DNA of 63,854 nucleotides, the filler included, from Octopus bimaculoides (Eukaryota): NCBI RefSeq assembly GCF_001194135.2. It is 8 parts of 6 records of this genome, joined end to end, with 100 filler letters (N's around TTAATTAATTAA, not from the genome) between each part and the next. Parts side by side here need not be neighbours in the genome. Positions count along the whole stretch, not along the records: positions 60,484 to 63,854 come from NC_068999.1; 7 more parts are not named here. The stretch is one strand, 5' to 3'. This document shows, piece by piece, positions 63,275-63,854 of this stretch. Positions within the stretch are counted from its first letter, which is position 1, and the number at the start of each line of letters is the position of its first letter. The position numbers were made by a program, and so were the translations under genes. The notes beneath the pieces were generated by a model, which searched no databases, was not told the origin of the DNA, and worked only from the letters and a program-made list of their open reading frames with translations.

Positions 63275-63854
63275 GTATTGTTCACTTCCATTGTATGCAT
63301 GTCTGTGTATGTTACATACATGCACGTATGTACTTTTGAGTATGTATTTGCAGCTATCAGTATGTATGTGTGTATATGGTATATGAGTTTGTATTTGTGT
63401 GAGTGTGTGCTGAGTATATAGAGTGCAAGTTTGTTGTTAAGATCATAAGCTGAATTCAACAAGATCATCGTTTTTCATTATGTAGTTTCCTGTTAATATT
63501 TAAAATATTCCATGATTTAATCAAGATAAACTTCAGATATTTTAGCAAAAGTTATTTCTTTGAACTCATCCAACATGAAACAATAATATTAGATTGATGA
63601 AAATTTTAAATTCCAAAAGAATTTAGCGGATAATTGAATTATAGTAGGATTGTATTTTTTAATTTTTGTTTAAGAATATATTTAATTCTTGCTTTAGAAT
63701 AATTTTTAGCTTTTAAAGAGAGAACGCAGATTTGACAACAAATGACAAAATTTCTGACATAGTGGGAGCTTCATTCAACTTCCCTGCAGTCACAATTACA
63801 CATACATTTGAAAAACTCTGGGGAGATATTTGGAATTTTGGTCGACACACAAAT

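Overview
Eukaryotic (animal) draft-assembly sequence with many N-gaps, dense microsatellites and SINE/LINE/DNA-transposon debris. The repeat families look to me like those of an octopus-type cephalopod (inference from recall, not searched). No prokaryotic features or CRISPR arrays are present, and almost all of the supplied ORF track is microsatellite or gap noise. Genes found by splice-aware reading: (1) A minus-strand Ki-67 (MKI67)-like gene with four visible coding exons: 17476-17388, 13603-13522, 4645-4585 and 2483-1485. They give MHYGNIVVIKRDGKDGAHFPLESKFYLLGR-SSKCDIRIQLPKVAPEHCQLSVDKHGK (first half of an FHA domain), then a basic S/T-P-rich 999-nt in-frame exon. (2) A tentative, unidentified plus-strand multi-exon gene running away from Ki-67 (about 20.1-39.8 kb), possibly starting with a signal peptide. 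(3) One clear exon of an axonemal dynein heavy chain, DNAH1-like (63164-63274). Most unusual non-genic elements: a 599-bp foldback element with perfect 37-bp TIRs and an 8-bp TSD, built around a back-to-back (CCCTAA)n-(TTAGGG)n telomeric palindrome and inserted in a mariner (35389-35987); and a tRNA-headed SINE carrying a Penelope-type minimal hammerhead-ribozyme motif, present singly and as a head-to-head inverted pair in a Ki-67 intron.
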